Counted from the stretch's first letter, positions 14,251 to 24,725 are shown. The stretch: DNA of 64,000 nt from an uncultured Acidobacteriota bacterium (GCA_963805975.1 CAWDVR010000002.1:576001-640000); one strand, 5' to 3'. The notes: a model not told the origin generated them from the sequence alone. Program-made: numbers and translations.

Positions 14251-15099
14251 TCACCCCACCCCCTCCGGCCGCTCCGGGTGCTTGGCTTCCTCCACCCATG
14301 GTTTGAAGCACTCCTCGAAGAGGAACTTCCAGCCTTCGGTGACGTTGCCCTGCAGGCTGGCGCCGAGGCGGCCGAAGATGGTGTCCAGCAGGCGGAAACG
14401 GGTGCCGGTTTCGGTGGGGACGAAGTCGATGCGGGTCTGGAGGCGGGCCGGGCCGCCGAACTCCGGGGTCAGCTCGCCGGAGAGCCGGATCGTTCCCGGC
14501 TTGTTTAGCTCGATGACGTGGTACCAGACCAGCCCCTGGCCGTCGCCCCGGTCCTCGTAGAGGCGGCCCCCCAGCTTCTCCTCGAAGACGAAGCCTTTAG
14601 GGTTGGGGGAGGTGTAGAAAGCCGTGGGCCACCAGGCGACGATCTCCTCGGTGAAAGCCTTCCACACCCGCTCCGGCGGCGCGGCGATCTCCACCTCCAG
14701 GGCCACCTCGCAGACTCCGAACTCGGGTCTACCGTCCTGCTCGCTCATCTCGGGCTCTCCTCGCGGACCGGCTTCGATCCGCTGTTTGAGATCGGCCAGC
14801 GCCTCGACTCGAGCCCTGGCAAAGGGCTCGATCCAGCGCTGGGCAATCGCGTGAATGGGCATGGGGTTCAGGAAGTTCCAGCGCTCGCGGCCACGACGCT
14901 CGACCAGCACCAGGCCGGCGTCCACCAGCACCCCCAGGTGCTTCATGACCGCGAAACGGCTGAAAGCAAAGGCCTTGGCCAGCTCGCCGGTGGTGAGCGG
15001 CCGGGGGCGGAGCAGGTCCAGCATGCGGCGGCGATGAGGATCGGCCAGCGCCTTCCAGACCGCCTCGTGCTCCGCTGACCGCTCCGTTTTGCCTAACAT
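14251..15099 (-). CDS. ArsR/SmtB HTH regulator fused in frame to an SRPBCC (AHSA1-like) domain
   Basis: KALADPHRRRML…VMKHLGVLVDAGLV, followed by EIAAPPERVWKAFT…GW. An internal SD+ATG occurs at 14748. Confidence 0.8.
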   Translation of the reverse strand: MLGKTERSAEHEAVWKALADPHRRRMLDLLRPRPLTTGELAKAFAFSRFAVMKHLGVLVDAGLVLVERRGRERWNFLNPMPIHAIAQRWIEPFARARVEALADLKQRIEAGPRGEPEMSEQDGRPEFGVCEVALEVEIAAPPERVWKAFTEEIVAWWPTAFYTSPNPKGFVFEEKLGGRLYEDRGDGQGLVWYHVIELNKPGTIRLSGELTPEFGGPARLQTRIDFVPTETGTRFRLLDTIFGRLGASLQGNVTEGWKFLFEECFKPWVEEAKHPERPEGVG

Positions 15100-15165
15100 G
15101 TTACCATTTGGTCACAACAGAGAGGAAGTGTCAAGGGGGCTGCAGTTTCCCCAGCCGTCAACTCA

Positions 15166-15245
15166 GATGGATTCCCGCTTGCGCGGGAATGACGGAAAGG
15201 AAGAGCACCCTCTCTTTGTCATTCCCGCGGAAGCGGGAATCCATC
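15166..15245. repeat. Palindromic repeat family A (TGGATTCCCGC…GCGGGAATGAC / GTCATTCCCGC…GCGGGAATCCA), inverted doublet
   Basis: Two ~26-nt hairpin units in inverted orientation; near-identical copies at 52075 and 58934. Confidence 0.9.
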
Positions 15246-15288
15246 CCTCACACCCGGCACCGACTCGACCGGCGATAGGCTGGGGGGC

Positions 15289-16341
15289 ATGCTGCGTCTC
15301 ACCGAACAGGGCCTCTACTGCGAAGCGGGGAACTTCTTCGTCGATCCCTGGCGGCCGGTCGAGCGGGCGGTCCTGACCCATGCGCACGCAGACCACGCGC
15401 GGCCGGGCTCGCGCCGATACCTAGCGGCCGAGGAGGGTCTGGCGGTGCTCCGCGCCCGGCTCGGGGAGGAGGCGCGGATCGAGACCCTGCCCTACGGCGA
15501 GACCACCGACCTCTCGGGCGTCCGGGTTTCCTTCCACCCGGCCGGCCACGTGCTGGGCTCGGCCCAAGTGCGGATCGAGCACCACGGGGAGGTGTGGGTG
15601 GTCTCCGGCGATTACAAGACGGAGCCCGACCGCACCTGCCGCCCGTTCGAGCCGGTGCGCTGCCACACCTTCGTCACCGAATCCACCTTTGGCCTGCCCA
15701 TCTACCGCTGGGCGGGCGAGGCCGAGGTGATGGCCGAGATCAACGGCTGGTGGCGCGCCAACCGCGAGGCCGGCCGCGCCACGCTGCTCTACGGCTACGC
15801 GCTGGGCAAGGCGCAGCGCCTGCTCGCGGGCGTCGATCCCGCGATCGGCCCGATCTACACCCACGGCGCCGTGGAGCGCATGTGCCGTGCCTACCGCGAG
15901 AGCGGCGTCGCCCTGCCCGAGACCCGCCGGGTGAGCGACGAGCCGGCGAAGCGCCAGGCCGCCGCGTCGTGGGCGGGCACGCTGGTGGTGGCACCGCCGG
16001 GCGCCCACGGCACACCCTGGATGCGCCGCTTCGGCGAGGCGTCGACGGGCTTTGCCTCCGGCTGGATGCGCATCCGCGGCACGCGGCGGCGGCGGGCGCT
16101 CGACCGCGGCTTTGCCCTCTCCGACCACGCGGACTGGCCGGGCCTCCTCGCCGCCATCGAGGCCACGGGTGCCGAGCGCGTTTGGGTGACGCACGGCTAC
16201 CGCGAGGCGCTGGTGCGCTGGCTGACGGAGAAGGGCCTCGACGCCAAGGCCGTGGCCACCCAGTTCGAGGGCGAGGCGGACGACGGCGCGGCGGACGGGG
16301 ACGCGGCAGATGGGGGCGGGGCCGAGGCGGGCGCGCCATGA
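15289..16341 (+). CDS. Ligase-associated DNA damage response exonuclease (MBL/beta-CASP fold)
   Basis: THAHADH, PAGHVLGSAQ, ESTFGLP, ASGWM, LSDHADW; directly upstream of the ATP-dependent ligase. Confidence 0.9.
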   Translation: MLRLTEQGLYCEAGNFFVDPWRPVERAVLTHAHADHARPGSRRYLAAEEGLAVLRARLGEEARIETLPYGETTDLSGVRVSFHPAGHVLGSAQVRIEHHGEVWVVSGDYKTEPDRTCRPFEPVRCHTFVTESTFGLPIYRWAGEAEVMAEINGWWRANREAGRATLLYGYALGKAQRLLAGVDPAIGPIYTHGAVERMCRAYRESGVALPETRRVSDEPAKRQAAASWAGTLVVAPPGAHGTPWMRRFGEASTGFASGWMRIRGTRRRRALDRGFALSDHADWPGLLAAIEATGAERVWVTHGYREALVRWLTEKGLDAKAVATQFEGEADDGAADGDAADGGGAEAGAP

Positions 16342-17954
16342 GGGCCTTCGCCGACCTCTACGAGCGGCTCGACGAGACCAACCGCACGAGCGAGAAGGTC
16401 GCGGCGCTCGCCGTCTACTTTCGCGCCGCGCCGCCGGCGGATGCGGCCTGGGCCGTCCATTTCCTGACCGGCAACCGGCCCAAGCGGCTGGTGGTGGGAA
16501 AGAACCTCGGGGCGTGGGCTGCCGAGGCCGCCGGGGTGCCGCCCTGGCTGTTCGACGAGTGCTACGACGCGGTGGGCGACCTGGCGGAGACCGTGGCGCT
16601 GCTGCTCCCCGCCCATCCGACCGGCACGGAAGAGCCGCTCGGCCGCTGGATCGAAGAGCGCCTGCTGCCGCTCGGCGGCCTCTCTCCCCAGGCGCAGCGG
16701 GAGCGCATCTTGGCTCTCTGGCGCGAGCTTTCCGCGCGCCAGCTCTTTCTCGCCGCCAAGCTCGTCACCGGCGCCTTCCGGGTCGGCGTGTCGCAGCAGC
16801 TCGTGGTGCGCGCGCTGGCGGAGGTCGCGGGGGTGAGCGAGGCCGCCGTCGCCCACCGGCTGATGGGCGCCTGGCGGCCGACCGCGGAGGGGTTCGCCGC
16901 CCTCCTGGCCGGTGACACCTCGGACGCCGACCTCTCGCGCCCGTATCCTTTCTTCCTCGCCTATCCGCTCGAAGGCGACCTCGACTCTCTCGAGACGGCC
17001 CTGGGGCCGCTCTCCGACTGGCAGGCCGAGTGGAAGTGGGACGGCATCCGCGCCCAGCTCATCCGCCGCCGCGGGGAGACCTTTCTCTGGTCGCGCGGCG
17101 AGGAGCTGATCACCGAGCGCTTCCCGGAGCTGGCGGAGGCCGCCAAGCTCCTGCCCGAGGGCACGGTGATCGACGGCGAGGTGCTGCCCTGGCGGGAGGG
17201 AAAGCCGCTCCCCTTCGCGCAGCTCCAGCGGCGGATCGGCAGGAAAGTCCTGACCCCCAAGGTGCTCGCCGAGGTGCCGGCGGTGCTGCTGGCCTTCGAC
17301 CTGCTGGAGATCGACGGCGCGGACCTGCGCCCGGCGCCGCTCGCCGAACGGCGGAGCCGGCTGGCAGCGCTGCTCGACGGGTCCACGCTCCGCGACCGGC
17401 TGCCGCTCTCGCCGCTCCTCGAAGCAACGGACTGGCCGGCGCTCCGCGCCGCGCAGGGCGGGGCGCGCGAACGCGGCGCCGAGGGCCTGATGCTGAAGCG
17501 CCTGGCGTCGGCCTACGGCACCGGCCGGCGCCGCGGCGACTGGTGGAAGTGGAAGGTCGAGCCCTACTCGGTGGACGCCGTGCTGGTCTACGCCCAGCGC
17601 GGCTCGGGCCGCCGCGCCTCGCTCTACACGGACTACACCTTCGCGCTCTGGCACCAGGGCGAGCTGGTGCCCTTCGCCAAGGCCTATTCCGGGCTGACCG
17701 ATGAGGAGATCCGTGAGGTGGACCGCTTCGTGCGGCAGAACACGCTGCAGCGCTTCGGCCCGGTGCGGGCGGTGAAGCCGGAGCTGGTCTTCGAGCTCGC
17801 CTTCGAGGGCATCGCCCGCTCGAGCCGCCACAAGTGTGGCATCGCGGTGCGCTTTCCGCGCATGGCGCGCTGGCGCACGGACAAGGCGGCGGCGGACGCC
17901 GACTCGCTCGACACGCTCGCGGCCCTGCTGCCGGCCGCGGGCGCCGCCTCCTGA
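16338..17954 (+). CDS. ATP-dependent DNA ligase (ligase-associated DNA damage response type)
   Basis: ATG at 16338 overlaps the upstream stop. EWKWDGIR (KxDG), EGLMLKR, WWKWK, AVRFPRM. Confidence 0.93.
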   Translation: MRAFADLYERLDETNRTSEKVAALAVYFRAAPPADAAWAVHFLTGNRPKRLVVGKNLGAWAAEAAGVPPWLFDECYDAVGDLAETVALLLPAHPTGTEEPLGRWIEERLLPLGGLSPQAQRERILALWRELSARQLFLAAKLVTGAFRVGVSQQLVVRALAEVAGVSEAAVAHRLMGAWRPTAEGFAALLAGDTSDADLSRPYPFFLAYPLEGDLDSLETALGPLSDWQAEWKWDGIRAQLIRRRGETFLWSRGEELITERFPELAEAAKLLPEGTVIDGEVLPWREGKPLPFAQLQRRIGRKVLTPKVLAEVPAVLLAFDLLEIDGADLRPAPLAERRSRLAALLDGSTLRDRLPLSPLLEATDWPALRAAQGGARERGAEGLMLKRLASAYGTGRRRGDWWKWKVEPYSVDAVLVYAQRGSGRRASLYTDYTFALWHQGELVPFAKAYSGLTDEEIREVDRFVRQNTLQRFGPVRAVKPELVFELAFEGIARSSRHKCGIAVRFPRMARWRTDKAAADADSLDTLAALLPAAGAAS

Positions 17955-18033
17955 GTCGAAACAAAAGCTCCCTTACTTTCGTCTACGGTGGCAGAGCCGC
18001 CCATCGTGGCTCCACATCTACCCCGAGACCGCC

Positions 18034-20448
18034 ATGAGCCACTTCGCCAAAGACCTCCGCTTCGCCGTCCGCAGCCTCGCCAAGCAGCCCGGCCTCTCCA
18101 TCCTCTCGATCCTGGCCTTCGCGCTGGGGATCGGTCTCACCACCACTATGTTCTCGATCGTCGACGGTGCGCTGCGCGACTTGCCGTTCGAGCGCGCCGA
18201 CCGGCTGATGCACCTCGAGCGCAACAACCTCTCCCAGAACGTGGAGAGCATGGAGGTGCCCATCCACGACCTCCTCGACTGGCGCGCCGCCCAGACCAGC
18301 TTCGAAGGTCTCGCCGGCTTCTACGAGGGCACGATCAATCTCTCGGGCGACGGCGAGCGGCCGGAGCGCTACGAGGGTGGCTTCATGACCGCGAACTCCT
18401 TCGATCTGCTGGGCGTGACGCCGGCGCTCGGCCGCGGCTTCGCGGCCGGTGAGGACCAGCCGGGCGCCCAGCCGGTGGTGGTCCTGGGCTGGAACCTGTG
18501 GCAGGTCCGGTTCGGAGGCAAGGCGGACATCCTCGGTCAGGAGATCCGCGTCAACGGCCGACCGCGCACAGTGATCGGCGTGATGCCCGAGGGCTTCATG
18601 TTCCCGCTCAACCAGGAGATCTGGACGACCCTCCCCCACGACCCCGCGCTTCTGAAGCGCGGCGAGGGCGAGTGGCTCGAGGTCTACGGCCGGCTCAAGG
18701 ACGGCGTGAGCCTGGACCAGGCGAGCGCCGACCTGGCGCGCATCGCCACCCAGATCGCCGAGCAGAACCCGGAGACCCACAAGGGCGTGGGCTCGGTGAT
18801 CAAGCCCTACACCGACGAGTACATCGGCAAGGAGCCGGCCACGCTTCTCTACCTGATGCTGGGCGCGGTCTTCGGCGTGCTGGTGATCGCCTGCGCCAAC
18901 GTGGCCAACCTGCTGCTCTCCCGCGCGGTGATGAAGAGCCGCGAGGTCGCGGTGCGCTCGGCGCTCGGCGCCAGCCGGCGGCGGGTGATCGTGCAGATGG
19001 TCACCGAGGCGCTGCTCCTGGCGAGCGTCGGCGCGGTGGTCGGGCTCGGCCTCGCGGCCCTGGGGATCGGGCTGTTCAACCGTGCCATCGCACCCACCAG
19101 CCCGCCGTTCTGGATCGACATCGGCATCGACTGGACCGTGCTCGTCTTCGTCGCCGGCATCACGCTTCTCGCGAGCGTGCTCGCCGGCCTCGCACCGGCC
19201 CTGCAGGCGACCGGTGAGAAGGTGAACGAGATCCTGAAGGACGAGACCCGCGGCACCTCGAGCCTGCGCCTCGGCCGCCTGTCGCGCGGCCTGGTGGTGT
19301 CCGAGATCGCCGTCTCCTGCGTGCTCCTGGTGCTGACCGGCTTGATGGTCAAGAGCGTGACCCAGCTCAAGCGCACCAGCTTCGGGGTGGACAAGGAGCA
19401 CGTGTTCACCGCCCGGGTGGCGCTCTTCGAGCAGGACTACCCGGACCTGGCAGCGCGCCAGCGGTTCTTCGACGAGGTGGGCGAGCGGCTGGCCGCGCTG
19501 CCGGGGGTGACGGCCGCGGCGCTCGCGGACTCGCTGCCGGTCGGCGGCTCGAGCCGCGAGCGCTTCCAGCTCGACGGCAAGGCCTACGCGACCGAGGGCG
19601 ACCAGCCCCAGGCCCGCCAGGCCGCGGTGTCCGCCGGCTTCTTCGATGCGGTGGGCGCCCGGCTCGTCGCCGGCCGCGCCTTCAACGCCGGAGACCGGGC
19701 CGAGACCTTGCCGGTGGCGATCGTCAACCAGTCTTTCGTGCGCCGCTTCTTCCCGGAGGAGGGCCCGCTCGGCAAGCGCGTGGGCTTCGAGGTCGAGGAC
19801 GAGACCCGCTGGGCGACGGTGGTGGGCATCGCGCCGGACCTCTACATGGCGGGCAACGACAACGAGGACCCCGAGGGCTTCTACCTGCCGCTCGCGCAGA
19901 GCGACCGCTCGTTCATCAGCCTGGTGGCGCGCACCGACGGCGACCCGATGGCGCTCGCCAACCCGGTGCGCAACCTGGTGACCGCGATCGACCCCAACCA
20001 GCCGCTCTACTTCGTGCGCTCGCTGGCCGAGTCGATCCGCCTCGAGACCTGGTTCTATGGCGTCTTCGGCACGCTGTTTATGGTCTTCGGGGCGGTGGCG
20101 CTGTTCCTTGCCGCGGTGGGGCTCTACGGCGTGATGGCGTTCTCGGTCAGCCGCCGCACGCAGGAGGTGGGGATCCGCATGGCGCTCGGCGCCCAGGCGC
20201 CGCAGGTGCTGAAGCTGATCTTCCGCCAGGGGGCATGGCAGCTCGCCATCGGCCTGGGGATCGGTCTCGCGATCGCGCCGCTCCTGTCGCGGTTCCTGCG
20301 CATGGCGCTCTTCCAGGTGAGCCCGTGGGACCCGTCGATCTTCGCGCTGATCGCACTGGTGCTGGCGGGGACCGGCATCGCGGCCTGCATGGTGCCGGCG
20401 CAGCGCGCGGCACGGGTGTCGCCGATGGTGGCGCTGCGCGGCGAGTAG
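18034..20448 (+). CDS. ADOP-type duplicated ABC permease (MacB/FtsX repeat)
   Basis: DLRFAVRSL, IACANVANLLL, REVAVRSALGA, RRTQEVGIRMALGA, ALRGE; no adjacent ATPase. Confidence 0.9.
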   Translation: MSHFAKDLRFAVRSLAKQPGLSILSILAFALGIGLTTTMFSIVDGALRDLPFERADRLMHLERNNLSQNVESMEVPIHDLLDWRAAQTSFEGLAGFYEGTINLSGDGERPERYEGGFMTANSFDLLGVTPALGRGFAAGEDQPGAQPVVVLGWNLWQVRFGGKADILGQEIRVNGRPRTVIGVMPEGFMFPLNQEIWTTLPHDPALLKRGEGEWLEVYGRLKDGVSLDQASADLARIATQIAEQNPETHKGVGSVIKPYTDEYIGKEPATLLYLMLGAVFGVLVIACANVANLLLSRAVMKSREVAVRSALGASRRRVIVQMVTEALLLASVGAVVGLGLAALGIGLFNRAIAPTSPPFWIDIGIDWTVLVFVAGITLLASVLAGLAPALQATGEKVNEILKDETRGTSSLRLGRLSRGLVVSEIAVSCVLLVLTGLMVKSVTQLKRTSFGVDKEHVFTARVALFEQDYPDLAARQRFFDEVGERLAALPGVTAAALADSLPVGGSSRERFQLDGKAYATEGDQPQARQAAVSAGFFDAVGARLVAGRAFNAGDRAETLPVAIVNQSFVRRFFPEEGPLGKRVGFEVEDETRWATVVGIAPDLYMAGNDNEDPEGFYLPLAQSDRSFISLVARTDGDPMALANPVRNLVTAIDPNQPLYFVRSLAESIRLETWFYGVFGTLFMVFGAVALFLAAVGLYGVMAFSVSRRTQEVGIRMALGAQAPQVLKLIFRQGAWQLAIGLGIGLAIAPLLSRFLRMALFQVSPWDPSIFALIALVLAGTGIAACMVPAQRAARVSPMVALRGE

Positions 20449-20490
20449 GGGCGACCGGCGGTCGCCCCGCCTGTTGTACGCTCCGCCGCC

Positions 20491-22044
20491 ATGAAGACCT
20501 TGAAGAGCTACGTCTGCGGCCGGTGGCACGAGGCGTCCTCCGGCCTCGCCACCTTGATCGATCCCTCCACCGAAGAGCCCCTCGCCAGGGCCGGGAGCGA
20601 CGGCGTCGACTTCGACGCCGTCCTCGCGCACGCGCGGGAGCAGGGCGGCCCGGCGCTCCGGGCGATGAGCATCGCGGCCCGCGCCGACATGCTCAAGGGC
20701 ATGTCCAAGCTGATCCGCGAGCACCGCGACGAGCTGCTGGACCTCTCGCGCCAGAACACCGGCACCACCAAACCGGACGGTTCGTTCGACGTCGACGGCG
20801 CCTCGGGCACGCTCGCCTACTACTTCTCGCTCGGCCGCCCCTTAAGCGAGCGCACCTTCTTCACCACCGGCGACGGCGTACAGCTCGGCCGCTCCGAGGC
20901 CTTCTGGGGCCAGCACGTGCTGGTGCCGCGCACCGGCGTTGCCGTGCACATCAACGCCTTCAACTTCCCCGCCTGGGGCCTCGCCGAGAAAGCCGCCTGC
21001 GCGCTCCTCGCCGGCATGCCGGTGGTCACCAAGCCGGCCACCGCCACGGCGCTGGTCGCGGCGCGCATCGCCGAGATCTTCGTCGCCGCCGGCATCGTGC
21101 CCGAGGGTGCCTTCCAGTTCGTCTGCGGCGGCACCGGCAACCTCCTGGGCCTCCTGGGCGCGCAGGACGTCTTCGCCTTCACCGGCTCGGCGGACACCGC
21201 GCTCGCTCTGCGGCGCGGCGAGAACCTGCTCCGCGCCTCGACCCACGTCAACGTCGAGGCGGACAGCCTGAACGCCGCCGTGCTGGCGCCGGACGCCGGC
21301 CCCGCTGGAGCGGCTTTCGACCTCTTCTTGAAGGACGTGGTGCGCGAGATGACCCAGAAGGCGGGCCAGAAGTGCACGGCGGTGCGCCGCATCCTGGTAC
21401 CGGCCGCGGTGGCCGGGGAGGTCGAGGAAGCGCTCGTCGCCCGGCTGCGCCAAGTGGTCACCGGCAACCCGGCGGAGGGGAGCGTCACCATGGGCCCGCT
21501 CGCCACCGCGCGCCAGCTCGCGGACGCCGAGGCCGGCGTCGCCAAGCTCGCCCGTGCGGCGCGGATCGTCGCCGGCACGGGCCGGCGCGCCGACGGTGCC
21601 GGCAGCCCAGCCGGCAAAGGGTTTTTCTTCCCGCCCACGCTGTTGCACGCGGACGACCCCTGGCATGCCACCGAGGTCCACCGGCACGAGGTCTTCGGGC
21701 CGGTGGCGACGCTCCTGCCCTACGACGGCAGCGCGGCGGACGCCGCCGGTCTCGTGGCCCTGGGCGGCGGCACGCTCGTCACCTCGGTCTATGGCGACGA
21801 CCCGGCCTGGCTCGCGGCCTTCCTGGCCGGTACCGGTCCCACCACCGGCCGTCTGTACGTGGGCTCGGAGGGCTCGGCGCCCGAGGCCCTGGGCTCCGGC
21901 ATCGCCCTGCCGCAGAGCCTCCACGGCGGGCCTGGCCGCGCCGGCGGCGGCGCCGAGCTGGGGGGCCTCGCCGGCCTCGACCCCTACCTGCAGAAGGTGG
22001 CGCTCCAGGGGGAGCGGGCGCTGGTCGAGAAGCTGAGCTCCTGA
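20491..22044 (+). CDS. 3,4-dehydroadipyl-CoA semialdehyde dehydrogenase-like aldehyde dehydrogenase (BoxD / PaaZ N-terminal type)
   Basis: HINAFNFPAW, FTGSA, EADSLN, KAGQKCTAVRR, HGGPGRAGGG; no MaoC C-terminal domain. Confidence 0.85.
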   Translation: MKTLKSYVCGRWHEASSGLATLIDPSTEEPLARAGSDGVDFDAVLAHAREQGGPALRAMSIAARADMLKGMSKLIREHRDELLDLSRQNTGTTKPDGSFDVDGASGTLAYYFSLGRPLSERTFFTTGDGVQLGRSEAFWGQHVLVPRTGVAVHINAFNFPAWGLAEKAACALLAGMPVVTKPATATALVAARIAEIFVAAGIVPEGAFQFVCGGTGNLLGLLGAQDVFAFTGSADTALALRRGENLLRASTHVNVEADSLNAAVLAPDAGPAGAAFDLFLKDVVREMTQKAGQKCTAVRRILVPAAVAGEVEEALVARLRQVVTGNPAEGSVTMGPLATARQLADAEAGVAKLARAARIVAGTGRRADGAGSPAGKGFFFPPTLLHADDPWHATEVHRHEVFGPVATLLPYDGSAADAAGLVALGGGTLVTSVYGDDPAWLAAFLAGTGPTTGRLYVGSEGSAPEALGSGIALPQSLHGGPGRAGGGAELGGLAGLDPYLQKVALQGERALVEKLSS

Positions 22045-22061
22045 ATCTGCGCTCTGAACAA

Positions 22062-22097
22062 CGAAAGGCCCCGGACCTCTCGCGAGGGCCGGGGCCT
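22062..22097 (-). terminator. GC-rich intrinsic terminator hairpin (U-run on minus strand; may also terminate the ALDH gene)
   Basis: Minus strand reads AGGCCCCGGCCCTC-GCGA-GAGGTCCGGGGCCT-TTCG. Confidence 0.7.
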
Positions 22098-22334
22098 CAA
22101 GGGTTCGTCTTCGGTGGCGTGGGGTTGACCTCGACCGAGGACGCTTCGCTGGAGGACCCTCTTACGAGGACGCCACCTCCGGCAAACCGTGTTGATCTAG
22201 ACTCACTGGACCACCTCCTTCCTAGGCGTGTCCATCATCGGCGGGCCCCTACCCGCCCAGCTCCGTGGGCCGCCCAAGCCTCTTGGGAGCCGCCCCGCCT
22301 TCTCCACGCTAGAGAAGCAGGGAGCCACAACTCG
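22062..22334 (-). ncRNA. Candidate ~270-nt structured RNA with an extended SD and a 14-codon ORF (22206->22162, MSLDQHGLPEVASS)
   Basis: Promoter TTGACG (22368-22363)-N17-CAGTAT (22345-22340), a series of hairpins, AGGAAGGAGGTGGTCCAG, then the terminator. Confidence 0.6.
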
Positions 22335-22631
22335 GCGAAATACTGAACCTGTCGCGGGAAAACGTCAAGAGGAATGAAGAGTTAGTTCACCGCACCTGAA
22401 GTGGCGCGAGAGCCTCCCTGCCTACCGAAGCCGCGGCGAGATCGCTCCCAACAGTCCAGTCTCAGCTTTCGTATGCTACCTTGACATTTCCCTGCTCGTG
22501 ATGTTCGAACTCGAGGAGGCTTTCGATACGCACCATCACTGCGGAGCGGCAGGCCCCAGCATCGCCTGGGTCGTGCGGACCGCGAGGCCCTTGCTACGAG
22601 AACGTCCACCTTCTTTCACAGGAGCACGACC

Positions 22632-24690
22632 ATGCGTAGAAGTGCCCGCTTCTCTCCGTTCGCCGCCGGCGCCTGCGCGCTTCTGGCAGGGCTCTCTCTG
22701 CCGGCCGGCGCCCAGCTCTGGCCGACCTCGCTGCCGGCGCGCCACACGCTGGAGAGCCTCGATCTCTTCACCGACCTCGTCGTGGCCGCGGCCCCCACCG
22801 GCGAGCTTCTCGCCGCGCACCGCGGCACGGGTTCCGAGAGCCTCGCCTGGCGGTTCTTCGATGCGAACGGCGAGCCGGCGGGCCCGGTCCGCCGGGCGGA
22901 AGGCGATCGTCCCCAGCTTTCGCGTCGCGGTCAACTCGCGGAGCGAGTTCCTCCTCGTCTGGGAGAGGGACGCGGACCTCCTGACCGAGGTCGTCGGCCG
23001 CTGGTGGACCGCCGGGGGATCGCCTCTCGGAGAGGTCTTCCCCATCAACGGCCCCGGGGCTCCCTCGCGCCGGGCCCTGACCGGCGTCGACTGCGCGGCG
23101 GACGACCGCTGTGTGGTGGTCTGGTCCGCGCAGACCGCAGCCGGCAGCTCGCTGAAGGCACGGTTCCTCTCGGCGAGCGGCGTCCCTACCGGTGCCGAGA
23201 AGGTACTGGGGATCGGTCCGGACGGCGCGGTCGGCGGCCAGGTCGCGAGCGCGGCCGACGGCCGCTTCGCCGTCTCCTGGCTCCGTCCGCGCCTCTACTC
23301 GCTGAGCGAGACCCCCCTGACCCTGTACGACCCCTTCCTGCGGACCTTCGACGCCCAGGGCGAGCCACTCGGCGAGGTCGCGCCGCTCGCGCTCCCCTGC
23401 CCTCATCCGGACCCGTACGGCTGTGTGTGGGAGGCCAGCCGCTCGCTCGCCGAGTGGAACGACGAGGGCGAGCTGATCGCGGTGTGGGACAGCTTCGCGT
23501 TCGGCTACGAGAGCCCGGATGCGACCATCTGGGCGCGGCGCCTGGCGGCAGACGGCTCTGCGCTCGGTCCGGCCGCGGCGGTCAACCCACGGTGGTCCGG
23601 CGGTATCCCTGCTCTTGCCTGGAGCCCGGAGCTCCGGAGCTTCGCCGTGCTGTGGCTGTCGGTGGCGGGCGACGAGGGGTTCCTCCGCCGCGTGGCCCTG
23701 CGCCAGCTCGACGCCGGCGGGCAGCCGATCGGGGCCGAGCTCCCGGCCATGGCGAGCCGCGACTTCGTCGCCTTCAGCGGCGCCCTCGCGTTCACCGGCA
23801 CCTCGCTGTGGGCAACGTGGAACGACGGCGCCCCGGTGCTGCCCGTGGGCAGGGCGCTCCGGCTCTCTCGCTTCGAAACCGGCGAGCCGACCTGCGAAGG
23901 CCCGTTCGTCGACGGAGACGTGCCCTGCGTTCCGCTCCTCGGCAACCGCTTCAAGGCCTGGGCCTTGTTCCGCAGGCCCGGCGGCGCTCCCGCCGGGGCG
24001 CCGGCCTTCGTGGCCACGGACCGCGCCGGCTTCGTCTACTTCAACTCGGTGTTCAACCCGGAGCTGGTGCTGAAGATGCTCGACGGCCGGCCGGTGAACC
24101 GGCACTTCTGGTTCTTCTGGGGGGCGATGAGCGACCAGGAGTACTCGATCGCGATCTACGACCGGCAGAGCGGAGCCACCCGCTCGTACTACAACACCGC
24201 GGGAAACCTGGCCTCCGCGGCCGACATCGAGGCCTTCGGTGACGGCGAGCCGCGCGACGGGCTCGAAGCAGGAGAGGCCCTTTCCTTCGTCGAGCTCGAG
24301 GGCAGCGAGCCCGTGGAAACCACCACCGTGCTCGCCCCACGCGGTCTGCCGGCCCCCTGCCAGGTGGCCCAGGACCGGCTCTGCCTGCAGAGTGGCCGCT
24401 TCGAGGTGAAGGTGGACTGGAAGGACTTCGCGGGCGGCAGCGGCCCGGCGCGAGCCGTCCAGCTCACGGACCAGGGCGGCTACTTCACGTTCTTCAACGT
24501 GCAGAACGTCGAGCTCGCGCTCAAGCTCCTCGACGGCACCGCGGCCAACAGCCGGTTCTGGCTCTTCTATGCCTCGCTGTCGAACGTGGAGTTCACGGTC
24601 CGCATCACCGATCACGCGGCGGGAACGACGCGCGAGTACCGCAACCCACCGAGCACTATGCGGAGCATGGTCGACCTCCAGGCGTTTTGA
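22632..24690 (+). CDS. Secreted protein with beta-rich N-terminal repeats and two C-terminal 'GRF.V…FFN..N.EL..K.LDG' domains; frameshift near 22.9 kb
   Basis: The signal peptide MRRSARFSPFAAGACALLAGLSLPAGA is in one frame; the body continues in the 22498..24690 frame from ~22905. Same architecture as 35824..37971. Confidence 0.7.
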
Positions 24691-24725
24691 TCTGCGCACC
24701 CCCAGCTCTTCGTCATAGAAAACAT

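Noticed and set aside
22204-22223. Plus-strand CTGGACCACCTCCTTCCT read as a 16S rRNA 3'-end remnant
   Set aside because: No other rRNA sequence flanks it. The promoter and terminator point to minus-strand transcription, and both mismatches keep G-U pairing on that strand.
22062-22334. tmRNA interpretation of the structured RNA
   Set aside because: No tRNA-Ala-like acceptor stem, T-loop or CCA end is visible, and the ORF has its own SD and start codon.
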